Virus record (IMG/VR): IMGVR_UViG_3300014720_000002
Reading direction: 5' to 3' (one strand)
Source of the DNA: a virus
DNA: 64,000 nt
Position 1 is the first letter of the stretch. Each line of letters begins with the position of its first letter. Below are positions 35,559 to 45,740 of this stretch, in pieces. The notes under the pieces are model-generated. The model saw only the letters and a list, made by a program, of their open reading frames with translations, was not told where the DNA came from and searched no databases. The position numbers and the translations under genes are program-made.

Positions 35559-36132
35559 ACTGGGCTGGGCTTATGAGCCCGAAACTTTGGTTGATGGGCC
35601 GGTCTCGGTGACGCCCGACTTCTGGCTTCCCGACATCCAGACGCTGGTGTTTGTGCAGACCCGTGTGCTGCCCAGCGACCACTGGGAGGCCAGCATGCGC
35701 ATGGTGGGGACGCTTGGCCGTCGGACCGTGTTTCTGGAAATGGACCGGCACGTCGTTGGACCGATGGAGGACATCCCCGATCCAGCGCGCCTGGTGACCT
35801 GCCTCGACGGGTTGTTCAAAGTTGAACCAAACACGGACTGCACCTTCGCCGAGCCGGGTCAGGGTTGGTTCTGGCACAGCCGCTTTGCCCAGTCCGTTTC
35901 GCACATCAAGCAGTTGGCCAGCGGCGCGCATGTGCTGCTGATTCGATGCACCGTGTGCGGCGTGGTGCATTGGACGCATCGGGCGGGCGACATGCTCTGT
36001 CCCCGGTGTCAGTTGGGCAATTCCAGCAAACCTGAGCGCTGGCAGAAGCACATCATTCCCGCGCTGCATCTTCGGACGATGGCTGAGGTGCACCGGCTGG
36101 TTGAACAGGCCCGCAGTTTTTCCGGCGCGTGA
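35473..36132 (+). CDS. PD-(D/E)XK nuclease-like protein with C-terminal Cys motifs
   Basis: FRSKVMAEMAWWLD...WAYEPE...TPDFWLP...FVQTR; CTVC and CPRC. Confidence 0.65.
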   Translation: MHLQSFVYRNVRFRSKVMAEMAWWLDRFELGWAYEPETLVDGPVSVTPDFWLPDIQTLVFVQTRVLPSDHWEASMRMVGTLGRRTVFLEMDRHVVGPMEDIPDPARLVTCLDGLFKVEPNTDCTFAEPGQGWFWHSRFAQSVSHIKQLASGAHVLLIRCTVCGVVHWTHRAGDMLCPRCQLGNSSKPERWQKHIIPALHLRTMAEVHRLVEQARSFSGA

Positions 36133-39100
36133 CGCCGGCGTTAGCCGAGCCAGCCGGTGGGAAGTGGTTTGCCCCACCGGCTGGCTTTCAGCGGCTCGAC
36201 AAACCGTCCGAGGTGGTGTGTCATGTGGACATGCCGACTGCAATCCAGACGCCCCGGCGGGCAGTGGTCCGTGGTAGCACGCTGACCGAGGCCGACGATA
36301 CCGACGTAGAGTTTGAACTGGACAGTCCTGATCAGTTCTTCGGCTCCCACATCGGCCTCATCCCATTGCGTTCCGCGGTGGCTGGTCCGCGGCTGTTCTA
36401 CGGTGCACGGTTCTACAACCAGGCTCTTCCTTTGCCGCAGGCTGAAGCTCCGCTCGTGCAGGCGCTGGCCGACAAGGATGAGCAGGGCCGTTCGTTCGAT
36501 GAGATTCTCGGCAAGGCGGCAGGCGCTAGGCTGGCCAAGGCTGACGGCGTGGTTCGGGACGTGACGCCTGACTGGATTGAACTGGAGCTTTCAGACGGCA
36601 AACGTGAGCAGGTCGAGCTTTACAACAAGCTGCCGTTCAACCGCAAGACCAGCCTGACCAATACCCCGGTGGTGAAGCCCGGCGATCAAGTGCGCTCAGG
36701 ACAGGTGCTGGCCAAGTCAAACTTCACGGATGCAGAAGGCCGGCTGGCGATGGGGTTGAACGCGCGCATTGGGCTGGTGCCCTACCTTGGCAAGTCCATG
36801 GATGATGCCGTGGTGGTGAGCGATGCGTTCGCACGCCGGCTTTCCAGCGAGCACCTCTACGGCTACGACCTGGACAACCGCAATGGCATCAAGTTCGGCA
36901 AGGCCCATTATGCCGGCATCTTCCCTGGACGTTTCATCAAGGACCAGTTGGAGAAGCTGGATGATGACGGGGTGGTGCGTCCTGGCATGCTGGTGCAGCC
37001 TGGCGATCCGCTCATCCTGGCTACCCGGCCTCGCGTAGTGTCCAGCACGTCCGCCCAGCTTGGTTTGCTCAGCAAGCACATGAAGAACGCGCGCACCAAT
37101 GCCGCTTTGCTGTGGGATCACGACGAACCAGGGACAGTGACCGATGTGGTCCGCCTGCCCGACGGTTCGGCCAAGGTCAACGTGCAAGTCATTGAGCCTA
37201 CGCGACTTGGCGATAAGATCGTAATGCGATCCGGGCAAAAAGGGATAATTTCCGAGATCCTCCCTGACGACCAGATGCCACGCACGGCTGACGGCCATCC
37301 GTTGGAGGTTCTGCTCAATCCGCTGGGCATCCCCTCGCGGGTGAACAACTCGCTGGTTTATGAGCTTCTGCTCGGCAAGGCGGCACGCAAGAGCGGCAAG
37401 CCGTTCAAGCTGCCGGCGTTCCTGCCGGAAGGTCAGCAGTGGGACAAGATCGTTGAGCAGCATTTGAAGGATGCTGGGCTGACTGACACTGAGGAGGTCT
37501 ATGACCCCAAGTTTGGGCGCAAGCTGGAGCGGCCGGTGACGGTGGGCGATGGTTACGTGCTCAAGCTTCATCACACGTCAGCATCTAAGATTTCTACTCG
37601 CGGACAAGGGAGCTACACTTGTTTTGATGATATTACTGAAGTGTGCACGCGTCGAGGCTGGGTGGCGTGGCCGGATGTAACAGCCGACGATGAGTTCGCG
37701 ACTGCAGATGACGGCAAGCTTGTGTTCAGTAGGGCCAGCCGTATCACAAAAGAGTTTTACTCTGGAGAATTGGTAGGGTTTGAGGGACGGTATTTGGATT
37801 GGCTTGTGACTCCGAACCATAACCTTTTGGTCAAGTTCAGAAAGCCATCTAGTCGATTGCGTATGGAGCGCGCTGATGCGCTGTTCGGTAGGTCGTTCTA
37901 CGTGCCTCAGTTTGGGTTTGCTGAGTTGCATGGTAGAAATCCTCGGCGTTTTGTTTTGTCCGGTCGCGTAATTAGAGACACTCTTGGTAGGGTGTATAAC
38001 ACTCCTGGGTTTGAGTGCGAGTTTGAAGACTTTGCTGATTTTGCGGGATGGTGGTTGTCCGAAGGCGAGGTTCGTTTGACTGAAGGCAGAGTTAAGTTAT
38101 ACCAGTCAGAGAAAGCCAATCCTGCAAAGTTCCAACAGATTGAGTCGCTTTTGAAGCGGCTAGGCGTGGCCTTCAACGCTATCCGAAGGAATGGGGTGGG
38201 TGTAGGATGGCAGTTCGCCAATAAATCATTGGCTTTTTTTCTGGCTAGTGAATTCGGGTCTGGTTCTGTCAATAAGAAGATACCAGAGTTTATGCTTTCG
38301 GCGGGTTTGTCGGCGCGTCGTAGAATGTATTCCAGCATGATGCTAGGCGACGGGACTGCCGATTCATCCGGTATGGATGTGTGCTACAACACCTGCTCCA
38401 AGAGACTGGCTGATGATTTTCAGCGGCTGTGCATTGGGCTTGGGTTTGGGTCAGTGATAAGTTATAGACCGGCTACTACTAGTAGTGCTATTAGAGGCAG
38501 AGTAGTTCATTCTGGACCTATATGGCGTTGTGGTGTCAGCCTTCGTAGGAAGTTTGCCTTGGTCGAGAATTACAGCAATCGACCCACAAGGCATTATCGC
38601 CAGCACTATGAGGGATTTGTTTATTGCGCTACTATTCCTGTAACCGGCTTGTTGCTAGTCCGCAGAAATGGTAAGCCTATGTGGTCTGGTAATTCAAACG
38701 AGCAACCCGCCCACGGCGGCGGCGAAACGGCTCAGGCCAAGCGGTTGTCTGGACTGGAGTCGCGCGCTTTGATCTCGTCGGGGGCCTACAACGTCCTGCG
38801 CGAAGGAGCTACGCTGCGGGGCCAGCGCAACGACGAGTATTGGCGTCAACTGCACATGGGCCTTCAACCCCGGGACCCAGGTCGTCCGTTCATGTTCTCG
38901 AAGTTCCTGGCCATGCTGTCCGGTGCCGGCTATCTGGCGCGCAAGCTGCCCAAGGACCGGTATCGGCTTCAGTTCATGACCGATCGTGATCTGGATGGGT
39001 TGAATCCAACGGAATTGTCCAACGGTGAGATAGTTGACATCGGCACGTTCGAGCCGGTAAAGGGCGGTCTGTTCGATCCGTCCATCACTGGCCGGCAAAG

Positions 39101-39296
39101 CTGGGGTGCCATCAGGCTGCCCCAGCCCATGCCGAATCCGGCAGCCGAGGATGTGATCAGAAAGCTGCTCGGGTTGACACAGAAAGAGTTTCGTTCGGTG
39201 CTGTCCGGCGAGATGGAGTTGCCGGTAGAGACGCTGCAGAGACTGAGACATGAACAACAAGGAGTTGGACGCGGCAGTGCTGGAAGCGGTGGATAA
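36129..39296 (+). CDS. rpoB: RNA polymerase beta C-terminal fragment fused to beta' N-terminal fragment, containing an intein
   Basis: GDKIVMRSGQKG, LNPLGIPSRVN, YVLKLHH, KRLSGLESRAL, then FEPVKGGLFDPSITG...WGAIRLPQP (beta' region). Confidence 0.92.
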   Translation: MTPALAEPAGGKWFAPPAGFQRLDKPSEVVCHVDMPTAIQTPRRAVVRGSTLTEADDTDVEFELDSPDQFFGSHIGLIPLRSAVAGPRLFYGARFYNQALPLPQAEAPLVQALADKDEQGRSFDEILGKAAGARLAKADGVVRDVTPDWIELELSDGKREQVELYNKLPFNRKTSLTNTPVVKPGDQVRSGQVLAKSNFTDAEGRLAMGLNARIGLVPYLGKSMDDAVVVSDAFARRLSSEHLYGYDLDNRNGIKFGKAHYAGIFPGRFIKDQLEKLDDDGVVRPGMLVQPGDPLILATRPRVVSSTSAQLGLLSKHMKNARTNAALLWDHDEPGTVTDVVRLPDGSAKVNVQVIEPTRLGDKIVMRSGQKGIISEILPDDQMPRTADGHPLEVLLNPLGIPSRVNNSLVYELLLGKAARKSGKPFKLPAFLPEGQQWDKIVEQHLKDAGLTDTEEVYDPKFGRKLERPVTVGDGYVLKLHHTSASKISTRGQGSYTCFDDITEVCTRRGWVAWPDVTADDEFATADDGKLVFSRASRITKEFYSGELVGFEGRYLDWLVTPNHNLLVKFRKPSSRLRMERADALFGRSFYVPQFGFAELHGRNPRRFVLSGRVIRDTLGRVYNTPGFECEFEDFADFAGWWLSEGEVRLTEGRVKLYQSEKANPAKFQQIESLLKRLGVAFNAIRRNGVGVGWQFANKSLAFFLASEFGSGSVNKKIPEFMLSAGLSARRRMYSSMMLGDGTADSSGMDVCYNTCSKRLADDFQRLCIGLGFGSVISYRPATTSSAIRGRVVHSGPIWRCGVSLRRKFALVENYSNRPTRHYRQHYEGFVYCATIPVTGLLLVRRNGKPMWSGNSNEQPAHGGGETAQAKRLSGLESRALISSGAYNVLREGATLRGQRNDEYWRQLHMGLQPRDPGRPFMFSKFLAMLSGAGYLARKLPKDRYRLQFMTDRDLDGLNPTELSNGEIVDIGTFEPVKGGLFDPSITGRQSWGAIRLPQPMPNPAAEDVIRKLLGLTQKEFRSVLSGEMELPVETLQRLRHEQQGVGRGSAGSGG
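37620..38693 (+). mobile_element. Intein (358 aa) with LAGLIDADG homing endonuclease
   Basis: Starts CFDDITEV, ends VRRNGKPMWSGN followed by Ser; FAGWWLSEG and MMLGDGT motifs; lower GC than flanks. Confidence 0.93.
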
Positions 39297-39690
39297 CGGC
39301 CACGTTGCCCTGAAGCAGTTGAAGGAAAGGTTGGCGGAGGTGTTTAGGAACGACAAAGACATCGGCAAGCCATCGTTTGGTGGGCGCGTAGATATGAGGA
39401 TCGACGCGCTGGTTCAACGCGACCTGTTGCGTCGATTTGGCAAAGATCGATTCAAGCCCACTGGGCGGCGTAGCTGGGAGGTTCACGTCTATGCTCGCCA
39501 GCATTCGGTCGATCCGATTGCCAAGTGGTTGATTGAAGATCGAACTGAGCGAGAGGCGCGCAAGGAGGCTGAGGCTGACATACGCCGGGAGTATCCTGCC
39601 GCTGAGGATTGGACGTTGAACGAAAGACCATGGAGCTTATGCAGATTACCCCGATCCAAGGTTTCAAAGCCATCACAGCCGTCTCGTTGA
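39250..39690 (+). CDS. Hypothetical protein
   Basis: 146-aa ORF with winged-helix-like N-terminus. Confidence 0.55.
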   Translation: MNNKELDAAVLEAVDNGHVALKQLKERLAEVFRNDKDIGKPSFGGRVDMRIDALVQRDLLRRFGKDRFKPTGRRSWEVHVYARQHSVDPIAKWLIEDRTEREARKEAEADIRREYPAAEDWTLNERPWSLCRLPRSKVSKPSQPSR

Positions 39691-40160
39691 ACGGCTGCAT
39701 CGGCAAGGATGGGCGACTACCGTGGCATTTGCCGGAAGACCTGCAGTGGTTCAAGGAAACCACCCTGGGTGGAACCCTGGTGATGGGCCGCAAGACCTAC
39801 GACTCGGTTGGCTGCCTGCCTGGTCGTGGGCTGGTGGTCGTCAGCCGTTCTGCGGTGGTCGCCAACTGCTGCGCTTTCGATGTTCCGCCTGCGCACTTGA
39901 TCGAGCATGTGCGAACGCTGACCAGCGGAGGGCACCGGCTGTGGTTGTGCGGTGGTGCCCAGACTTATCGGGAGTTCTTGCCGTGGTGTGAGGAGCTTTA
40001 CGTGACACTGGTGCGGCAGATGGTGGATGGCGACGCCTTCTTTCCGCCCGTCAGTGCACGCGAGTTCCGGGTGCAGGAGGTGCTGCGGGACACGCCCGAG
40101 CTTCAGATTGTGAGGATGAGGAACGCAGCTTTGTTTGGTGACCATGGCCTACGAGATTGA
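39630..40160 (+). CDS. folA: Dihydrofolate reductase
   Basis: IGKDGRLPWHLPEDLQWFKETT...VMGRKTYDS...GGAQTY...GDAFFP. Confidence 0.93.
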   Translation: MELMQITPIQGFKAITAVSLNGCIGKDGRLPWHLPEDLQWFKETTLGGTLVMGRKTYDSVGCLPGRGLVVVSRSAVVANCCAFDVPPAHLIEHVRTLTSGGHRLWLCGGAQTYREFLPWCEELYVTLVRQMVDGDAFFPPVSAREFRVQEVLRDTPELQIVRMRNAALFGDHGLRD

Positions 40161-40704
40161 AGTGTTGGATGGAGACGGTTGGACGGTGCAGATGCTGCTA
40201 TACCTGCGGCTGAATAAAAGCCGATTCTGGGTGCATGAGATGCGGCGGTTTCCGCGTGGCAAAAGGTCGGTGGTGTCGCTGCACAAGATCCGACTGAAGC
40301 ATTCCAAGGGCTACTGCGGCAATCATCCCGGCGCGTGCGCGTTGACGGGTGATGCTGCTCCGCATCGCCGGGGCAACTGGCTTGAGGGTGCTGATTGGGT
40401 GGCGTTTCACGACATGGTCAATGATATGCTGGATGCCGCGAAGGTGCAGGCCAACGTGCATTCGGCGGGTCGGCGGTTTTGGATCCGTCGCGGCAATCAG
40501 CGCCGTGTCCGGTTCTGGGGGCGCAATCTGCTCACGCGCGCGGCAGAGTTCTTTCCAGACGAGCCGGACAGTTACGTGGTCAATGTAGGTGGCAGTGGAC
40601 TGCGCAGCGTATTTCCTCCAGGAACTCCTGGCATCCCAGAATGGCGGGTGGAAGCCGAACAGATGCAACCTTATGTCGAATTGTTCAGAGCCGGTGTGCA
40701 TTGA
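40144..40704 (+). CDS. Hypothetical protein
   Basis: ORF overlapping both neighbours. Confidence 0.6.
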   Translation: MAYEIEVLDGDGWTVQMLLYLRLNKSRFWVHEMRRFPRGKRSVVSLHKIRLKHSKGYCGNHPGACALTGDAAPHRRGNWLEGADWVAFHDMVNDMLDAAKVQANVHSAGRRFWIRRGNQRRVRFWGRNLLTRAAEFFPDEPDSYVVNVGGSGLRSVFPPGTPGIPEWRVEAEQMQPYVELFRAGVH

Positions 40705-41158
40705 GCCGGCGCGGTGGAGCAAGGACCATTGGTCCTGCTTGCTGTTCCTGGAGACGGTCATCGTCGATCATCGCGGCACGTTTTCAGACCGGCTGCGCAT
40801 GAGCATGCGAACTAACCCGGAGACGCATCCGGCGTATGGTTACTGGCTGCACGATGCGCCACGTTGGCGGGCTGAGTGGGGCACTCGTGTGTTCTACAGC
40901 GATGTGGGAACCAACCTGGTTCGCCTGGACGCGCATGATGACTGGGATTGCCTGGAAGACATGGAGTCATCCGGTTTGCTGGTGAACCGTGGTTCTGCCA
41001 TGAATCCGGCGCTGCGTCTGACTGACCGAGGGGTTCGTTTGCACGGCATGGCAAGGACGCATCGTGCCGATGGCAAGAAGTTGGTGGACTTCCGGATTTC
41101 TCCGGAGACGTGGGAAGGTCTGGTGCGAATTTATGATCAAGCAGAACGCGGGGTTTAA
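40673..41158 (+). CDS. Hypothetical phage protein
   Basis: WSKDHWSCLL...HDDWDCLEDM...LTDRG. Confidence 0.6.
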   Translation: MSNCSEPVCIEPARWSKDHWSCLLFLETVIVDHRGTFSDRLRMSMRTNPETHPAYGYWLHDAPRWRAEWGTRVFYSDVGTNLVRLDAHDDWDCLEDMESSGLLVNRGSAMNPALRLTDRGVRLHGMARTHRADGKKLVDFRISPETWEGLVRIYDQAERGV

Positions 41159-42056
41159 GCATAAGCTCTCCAAGGAGGCTGTGGATGCGCTGTTCAAGCC
41201 GTGTCCGGTCTGTGCGGCACGGGCGCACTTGCATGTGCAGCGTGGGCGTCCGCTTGGCTGCCGTTGTGCCGATCAGGGCGATCTTTTGACGGCGCTGTAT
41301 CGGCTGGCAGTGCCGGACTTCGACCGGTTTGAGAAGCTGCCCGGGTATCCGGTCGTCAATCTGGCCACTGGCGACTACTTGATGCGGGCCTGGGTGCGTC
41401 GGGATCAGCGCCTGTCTCCGGACGTGATGGCGGGCGGCGCCTGGATGAACAGCGGGTTCTCGTCCCGCGAGCGCGTAGAGGTCACCGGCACGCTGCTGGA
41501 CTTCGAGGTGTGGTTGCCAGAGTCGATGGTGATGTCGGCGCCGACGCCATCGGAAGTCGAGCCGACTCAGTCAGCCGTGACCATCGTGCCCGAACCTTTG
41601 AATCAGTTGCCAGTAACCATGACGACCAACCCGCAAGGTCAGATTGAAGCAGTTGTCATCGGACACGGCTTATCGCCTGTCCTCGCTGATCAGCTACAGG
41701 AATTGTTCCGCATGCAGCGCCTGCTGAACCAGCGCATCGGCGTCAACACGGACTCGATGACGGAAGAGGAGAAGACCAAGTGGCTCCTGAACTACACCCG
41801 CGCCATGCAGCAGGAGATGGCCGAACTGACCGACAGCGTCCCGTGGAAGTGGTGGGCCAAATACCAGAAGTTCGACGAGCAGAACGCGCGCGTGGAGGTT
41901 GTTGACCTGTTCCACTTCCTCATCAGCATGGCGCAGGTGCTTGGGATGAGCGCGGACGACGTCTTCGCCGTCTACGTAAAGAAGAACGCGGTCAACTTCC
42001 AGCGCCAGGAGTCAGGCTACACGCAGAAGGACGCGAACGATTCCAAGCACATCTGA
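41133..42056 (+). CDS. dut: Dimeric (all-alpha) dUTPase with a long N-terminal extension
   Basis: AMQQEMAELTDSVPWKWW...ARVEVVDLFHFLIS...YVKKNAVNFQRQ. Confidence 0.88.
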   Translation: MIKQNAGFKHKLSKEAVDALFKPCPVCAARAHLHVQRGRPLGCRCADQGDLLTALYRLAVPDFDRFEKLPGYPVVNLATGDYLMRAWVRRDQRLSPDVMAGGAWMNSGFSSRERVEVTGTLLDFEVWLPESMVMSAPTPSEVEPTQSAVTIVPEPLNQLPVTMTTNPQGQIEAVVIGHGLSPVLADQLQELFRMQRLLNQRIGVNTDSMTEEEKTKWLLNYTRAMQQEMAELTDSVPWKWWAKYQKFDEQNARVEVVDLFHFLISMAQVLGMSADDVFAVYVKKNAVNFQRQESGYTQKDANDSKHI

Positions 42057-42457
42057 TGAGCGACTGGGTTCTGGAGATGCGGCTGCGGTTGGCTGGCGAT
42101 CCCGTGCAGATGCGGGAGCCGTTGCTGGCCGCAGCCGGCGATCCATGCAGCTTGCTGAATGGCTGGGAGGACATGTCGGCGTCGGTTGTGTCCCAGAGCA
42201 AGTGTGACATCGAGTTCAAGCTGGCGCAGTGCGGCATGCCCGAGACGGCCATCGCCCACAGTGCCCGGCTGGCCAGGCAGTTCTCCAGCACCAAGGTGAC
42301 GCTGTATTGGCTGGCCGTTGAGCAATGCACGGTCGGACGGGTGATGTTTCGCCACGGCCAGCAGCAACTCAACGAGCTGTTCGCGGTGACCAGGAAGTTC
42401 CGCAGGATGACCAAAGCCTGGTTTCAAGTGGACCTGAGTCCTTCAGTTCAAAGCTAG
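42056..42457 (+). CDS. Hypothetical protein
   Basis: TGATG-coupled ORF. Confidence 0.55.
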   Translation: MSDWVLEMRLRLAGDPVQMREPLLAAAGDPCSLLNGWEDMSASVVSQSKCDIEFKLAQCGMPETAIAHSARLARQFSSTKVTLYWLAVEQCTVGRVMFRHGQQQLNELFAVTRKFRRMTKAWFQVDLSPSVQS

Positions 42458-42796
42458 GTCTGGATCTTCACCACCTCGCCGGTGTGCCCAAGGCTGTTGT
42501 GGTAGTTTTGGGTTGCGCGGCTGGTTGAGTGGATCAGACAGCATCGGCACGGTCTGTCCGGCCAGATGATGGTCACAGTCTGGCAGGAATGCGATCTGCC
42601 CGTCTTTGATCCAGGCGTGGCACCGAGGGTTGGCTGGCAGCAGCAGTGACGGGCTGACTGTTGGCCGCTCAAGATCACCGTTCCAGGTCCAAATCCCTCC
42701 GGTGATGGGGTTGGGCTTGGTCACCCAGATGCCATGCAACTCCCGGCAGCCTGGACAGTGGAACACCAGAACATCGGAAACTATCGACAATACCAT
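42443..42796 (-). CDS. Zn-binding DUF6527-like protein; only well-supported minus-strand gene
   Basis: FHCPGCRELH...WTWNGDLERPTVSPSLL...CHAWIKDGQIAFLPDCDHHLAGQTV; fills a gap in + strand coding. Confidence 0.72.
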   Translation of the reverse strand: MVLSIVSDVLVFHCPGCRELHGIWVTKPNPITGGIWTWNGDLERPTVSPSLLLPANPRCHAWIKDGQIAFLPDCDHHLAGQTVPMLSDPLNQPRNPKLPQQPWAHRRGGEDPDLALN

Positions 42797-45740
42797 GCCT
42801 GATAATGACAGAGGCGCTGAGCCAGCGAAAGACGAGGATGACGACGGTAAGCTGGAATGCTGCGAGTGCGGCAAGACGATAACCGAGGCCGAGGATGTCT
42901 CCAGCTTCTGCGGGTCTATCTGCGAAGAATGTGCGCCCAAGCACGCGCGCCAGTGCGGCGTGTGCTGTAGTGATTTTCTGTCGCGGGGGTTGGTGGAAGA
43001 GGACGACCTGAAAGAATCAGTCAACGAACAAACATGAGCGCTACCACGACGGTGGATCTGGCCAAGGTCAGCTACGCCACATTCTTCTTCGAGACTGCGG
43101 ACGGTCAGTGTCGCGCGAAGCGCAGGCCGGCCAGCATGACCGTGCATGGTCGGCCTGTGGCTGAGCACGAGCCGGCGTTCCGGCTGGACAGTCATCCCGA
43201 CGAGACGGTCGGCCAGCGGGCCGTCCGGCTTGGTCTGGTGGACCGGTGGATTCCGGTGGTGGTCCTGCGCATCTCCAGTGCGGACAAGCTCAGGTTCACC
43301 GGTGAGCGCGCCGAGAAGCTGTGGGATGCCTGGAACGCCCGGGTGTTCGGTGGAGGTCGAAAGGCGTCCCGTGGCTGACGGCGCTTTGTCTGCGGCTCTG
43401 CGCGTGGCGTTCGAGTCCTGGATTTCGCAGATGCCTTACGAGCGGTCGGTGGACCGCTGGCCGGACAACGAAATTGAATTTGCCTGGCCTGGTCAATACA
43501 AGGACATCTCGGTGCAACTGGCCTGGGAGGCCTGGCAGGAAGGAAGAAAACTGTGAATAAACTACACAACGATCTCGACACGGTGGACCGGGCCATGTCG
43601 TTTCAAACGGTGGCTTTTGTGCGCCGCGGCATGCTGCATCGGCGCGGCTTTGGTCTGGACGCGGTCAAGGACTTGTGGGACTGGGTCAGTGATTTCACAT
43701 CCACCGCCGCCGAAGGGCAGTTGGCCAACTGCATTGCGGTGTCTGAGTTGTTGAAGATCGAAGAGGACGACTGCTCGCCGGATGCCGCCAATCTTGCCCG
43801 GATGATCGGCATCATGGCCAAGGTGGGCGGGGCTGAGTCGGTTACCTTTGAACAGTGAGCATGGAAATTCTGCATATCCTTAAAGCGCCGGGTCAGCCGG
43901 TAGTTCGGCTCGCCGGTTTGACTGGTGACAAGTCGGGACCTCCGATCGGTGTCGATGTGGAGATCGGAGGTTATGGGCCAGTCATCGTGCTGCCGTTGAA
44001 GCAGCCTGAAGATCCGCACGGCACGGCCCAGGTAGTGGTGGACTACTTCAACGGCGGTCTTCAGGCACTGATCTATGACTCTCCGTGTGACGAGCAGGCG
44101 GTGGCCATACGTTACAAGGACGATGGCACCATTGCTGAGATTGCGGTTCGGTCCGATCTGCTGGGCAAGGTCATCAATAACGAGCGCGTGAGTGCATGGC
44201 AGGAGGCGCGCGACAAAGGAAAGGCAAGCTGATGGCTGCGCGCACTTACGACGTGGTGCACTTTGCCTACTGCGGTATGTCCATTCCGTTGCTGGAGGAT
44301 GTGGACTACGAGTCGGCCCGGGAACGGTTCAAGCAGAGGATTGGCTATTTCCGGCGTCAGTTTGGTGGCGAGGTGGTGCACCGTGGCCGCAGTGAGGCCG
44401 AACTCTGCGAGCCTGAACAGTGCATGATGGTGCCGGATGCCTGCGGCACGCTGAAGATTGTCCGGCATGGAGAATGGAGCGCCTGATGCCAAAGCAAGTA
44501 GCGCTGGTTTTGACGGAAGAGCAAGTGCGTGACCTGGCTGACTGGCTGGCGTTTTGCCGGCGCAGGGTCGAGGCCGATCAGTCGCATACTTGCATGCTGA
44601 ATTGTTTCAAGTCTTCGCTTGGACCGCTGCAGGATGTGGTTGGTTGTGCGGTCACCAAGCTGGTTGAATCATGAGCGCAGATTCCTCTAAAGCAGTGTTT
44701 TACGGTCCGGAACGGTTGTTCGACCTGGAAGTCTTTCGGACGTTGCCCGAAGATCAGCGCACTGCTGTGTTTATGCTGATTCAGCAGCGCAGCCAGCAGT
44801 TGCGGCTACAACGGTGGAGCCAGGTGTCGGAGGACGTGCTTCATGCCGCGCTGAACATCTACCGGGCTGACGCTGGCGGATGTGTTCCAGACGATGAGAT
44901 TGGTGACGATGTGAACAAGGCGGTCGAGACCAAGTTCTACGACTTCATGCACGTCGTCCGCGATCTGGCGGAGTGGAAACTTCGCCGCCGGCGTTACCGT
45001 CCGGCGTTAAACATCATCGTCTGGCCGTCCTACGAGGACAGCACCGTGTCAATCATCTACGACCAGGACAAGCCGCTGTTCTACCTATGGCACTGTCAGA
45101 AAGCATGGACGTTCAATTTCTCGACCACTGAGGAGGTGGCCGTAGAACTGCTGCGCCTCGCCGGCAACGTCGAGCGCAGCTATGCCCGGTTAAGTAAGGT
45201 GCGTCGCAGTTTGCCGAGGCTCTTCTCGGCGACTTCGGCGATGTAGCTCCCTGGGAAAACCATCATGCAAGCTAACCATCAAACGGCAGGGTGTGGAGTG
45301 ATGAATGTGCGACGTTGAGCGTCCGACAGGCAAGATTTACGGGTGATATTTGGACCGGCCCCGCAGGGGCCAGGTTCTTTAGCTGTATGCCGAAAGAAAG
45401 TTTTGCGGAGACGCTGCATCTGTCCACCAGCAAGATGCTGATGGATCTGGCACGCGAGAATGAGGAAGGCGCCATCATCCTGGATGGGCTTGATGCTGCC
45501 GTGCTGGGGGTGGTTTCCAGATGCGGTCAGGCGCCGTGCCTGCTGTATTCCTCCGAGCGCATCGTGCGCATCCTGATGGAACGGGACGGCATGACTCGCG
45601 AGGACGCGGAGGAGTTCTTCGACTTCAACACCGCTGGAGCCTATATGGGAGAGCGCACGCCGCTTTTCCTGCATGATATTGAGTGCCCTGCGTTGCTGCG
45701 CTGGACCAACGAGAACGAAACTGAAAATGCCAAAAATTAA
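42795..45740 (+). other. Run of small hypothetical CDSs (42795-43037, 43034-43378, 43371-43556, 43553-43858, 43855-44232, 44232-44486, 44486-44674, 44671-45246, 45387-45740)
   Basis: Head-to-tail ORFs, most with overlapping stop/start codons. Confidence 0.65.

Noticed and set aside
21071-39296. Bacterial chromosomal rpoBC locus or degraded rpoB pseudogenes
   Set aside because: There is no ribosomal-protein context, the fragments are intact and collinear with clean starts and stops, and all surrounding genes are phage-like.
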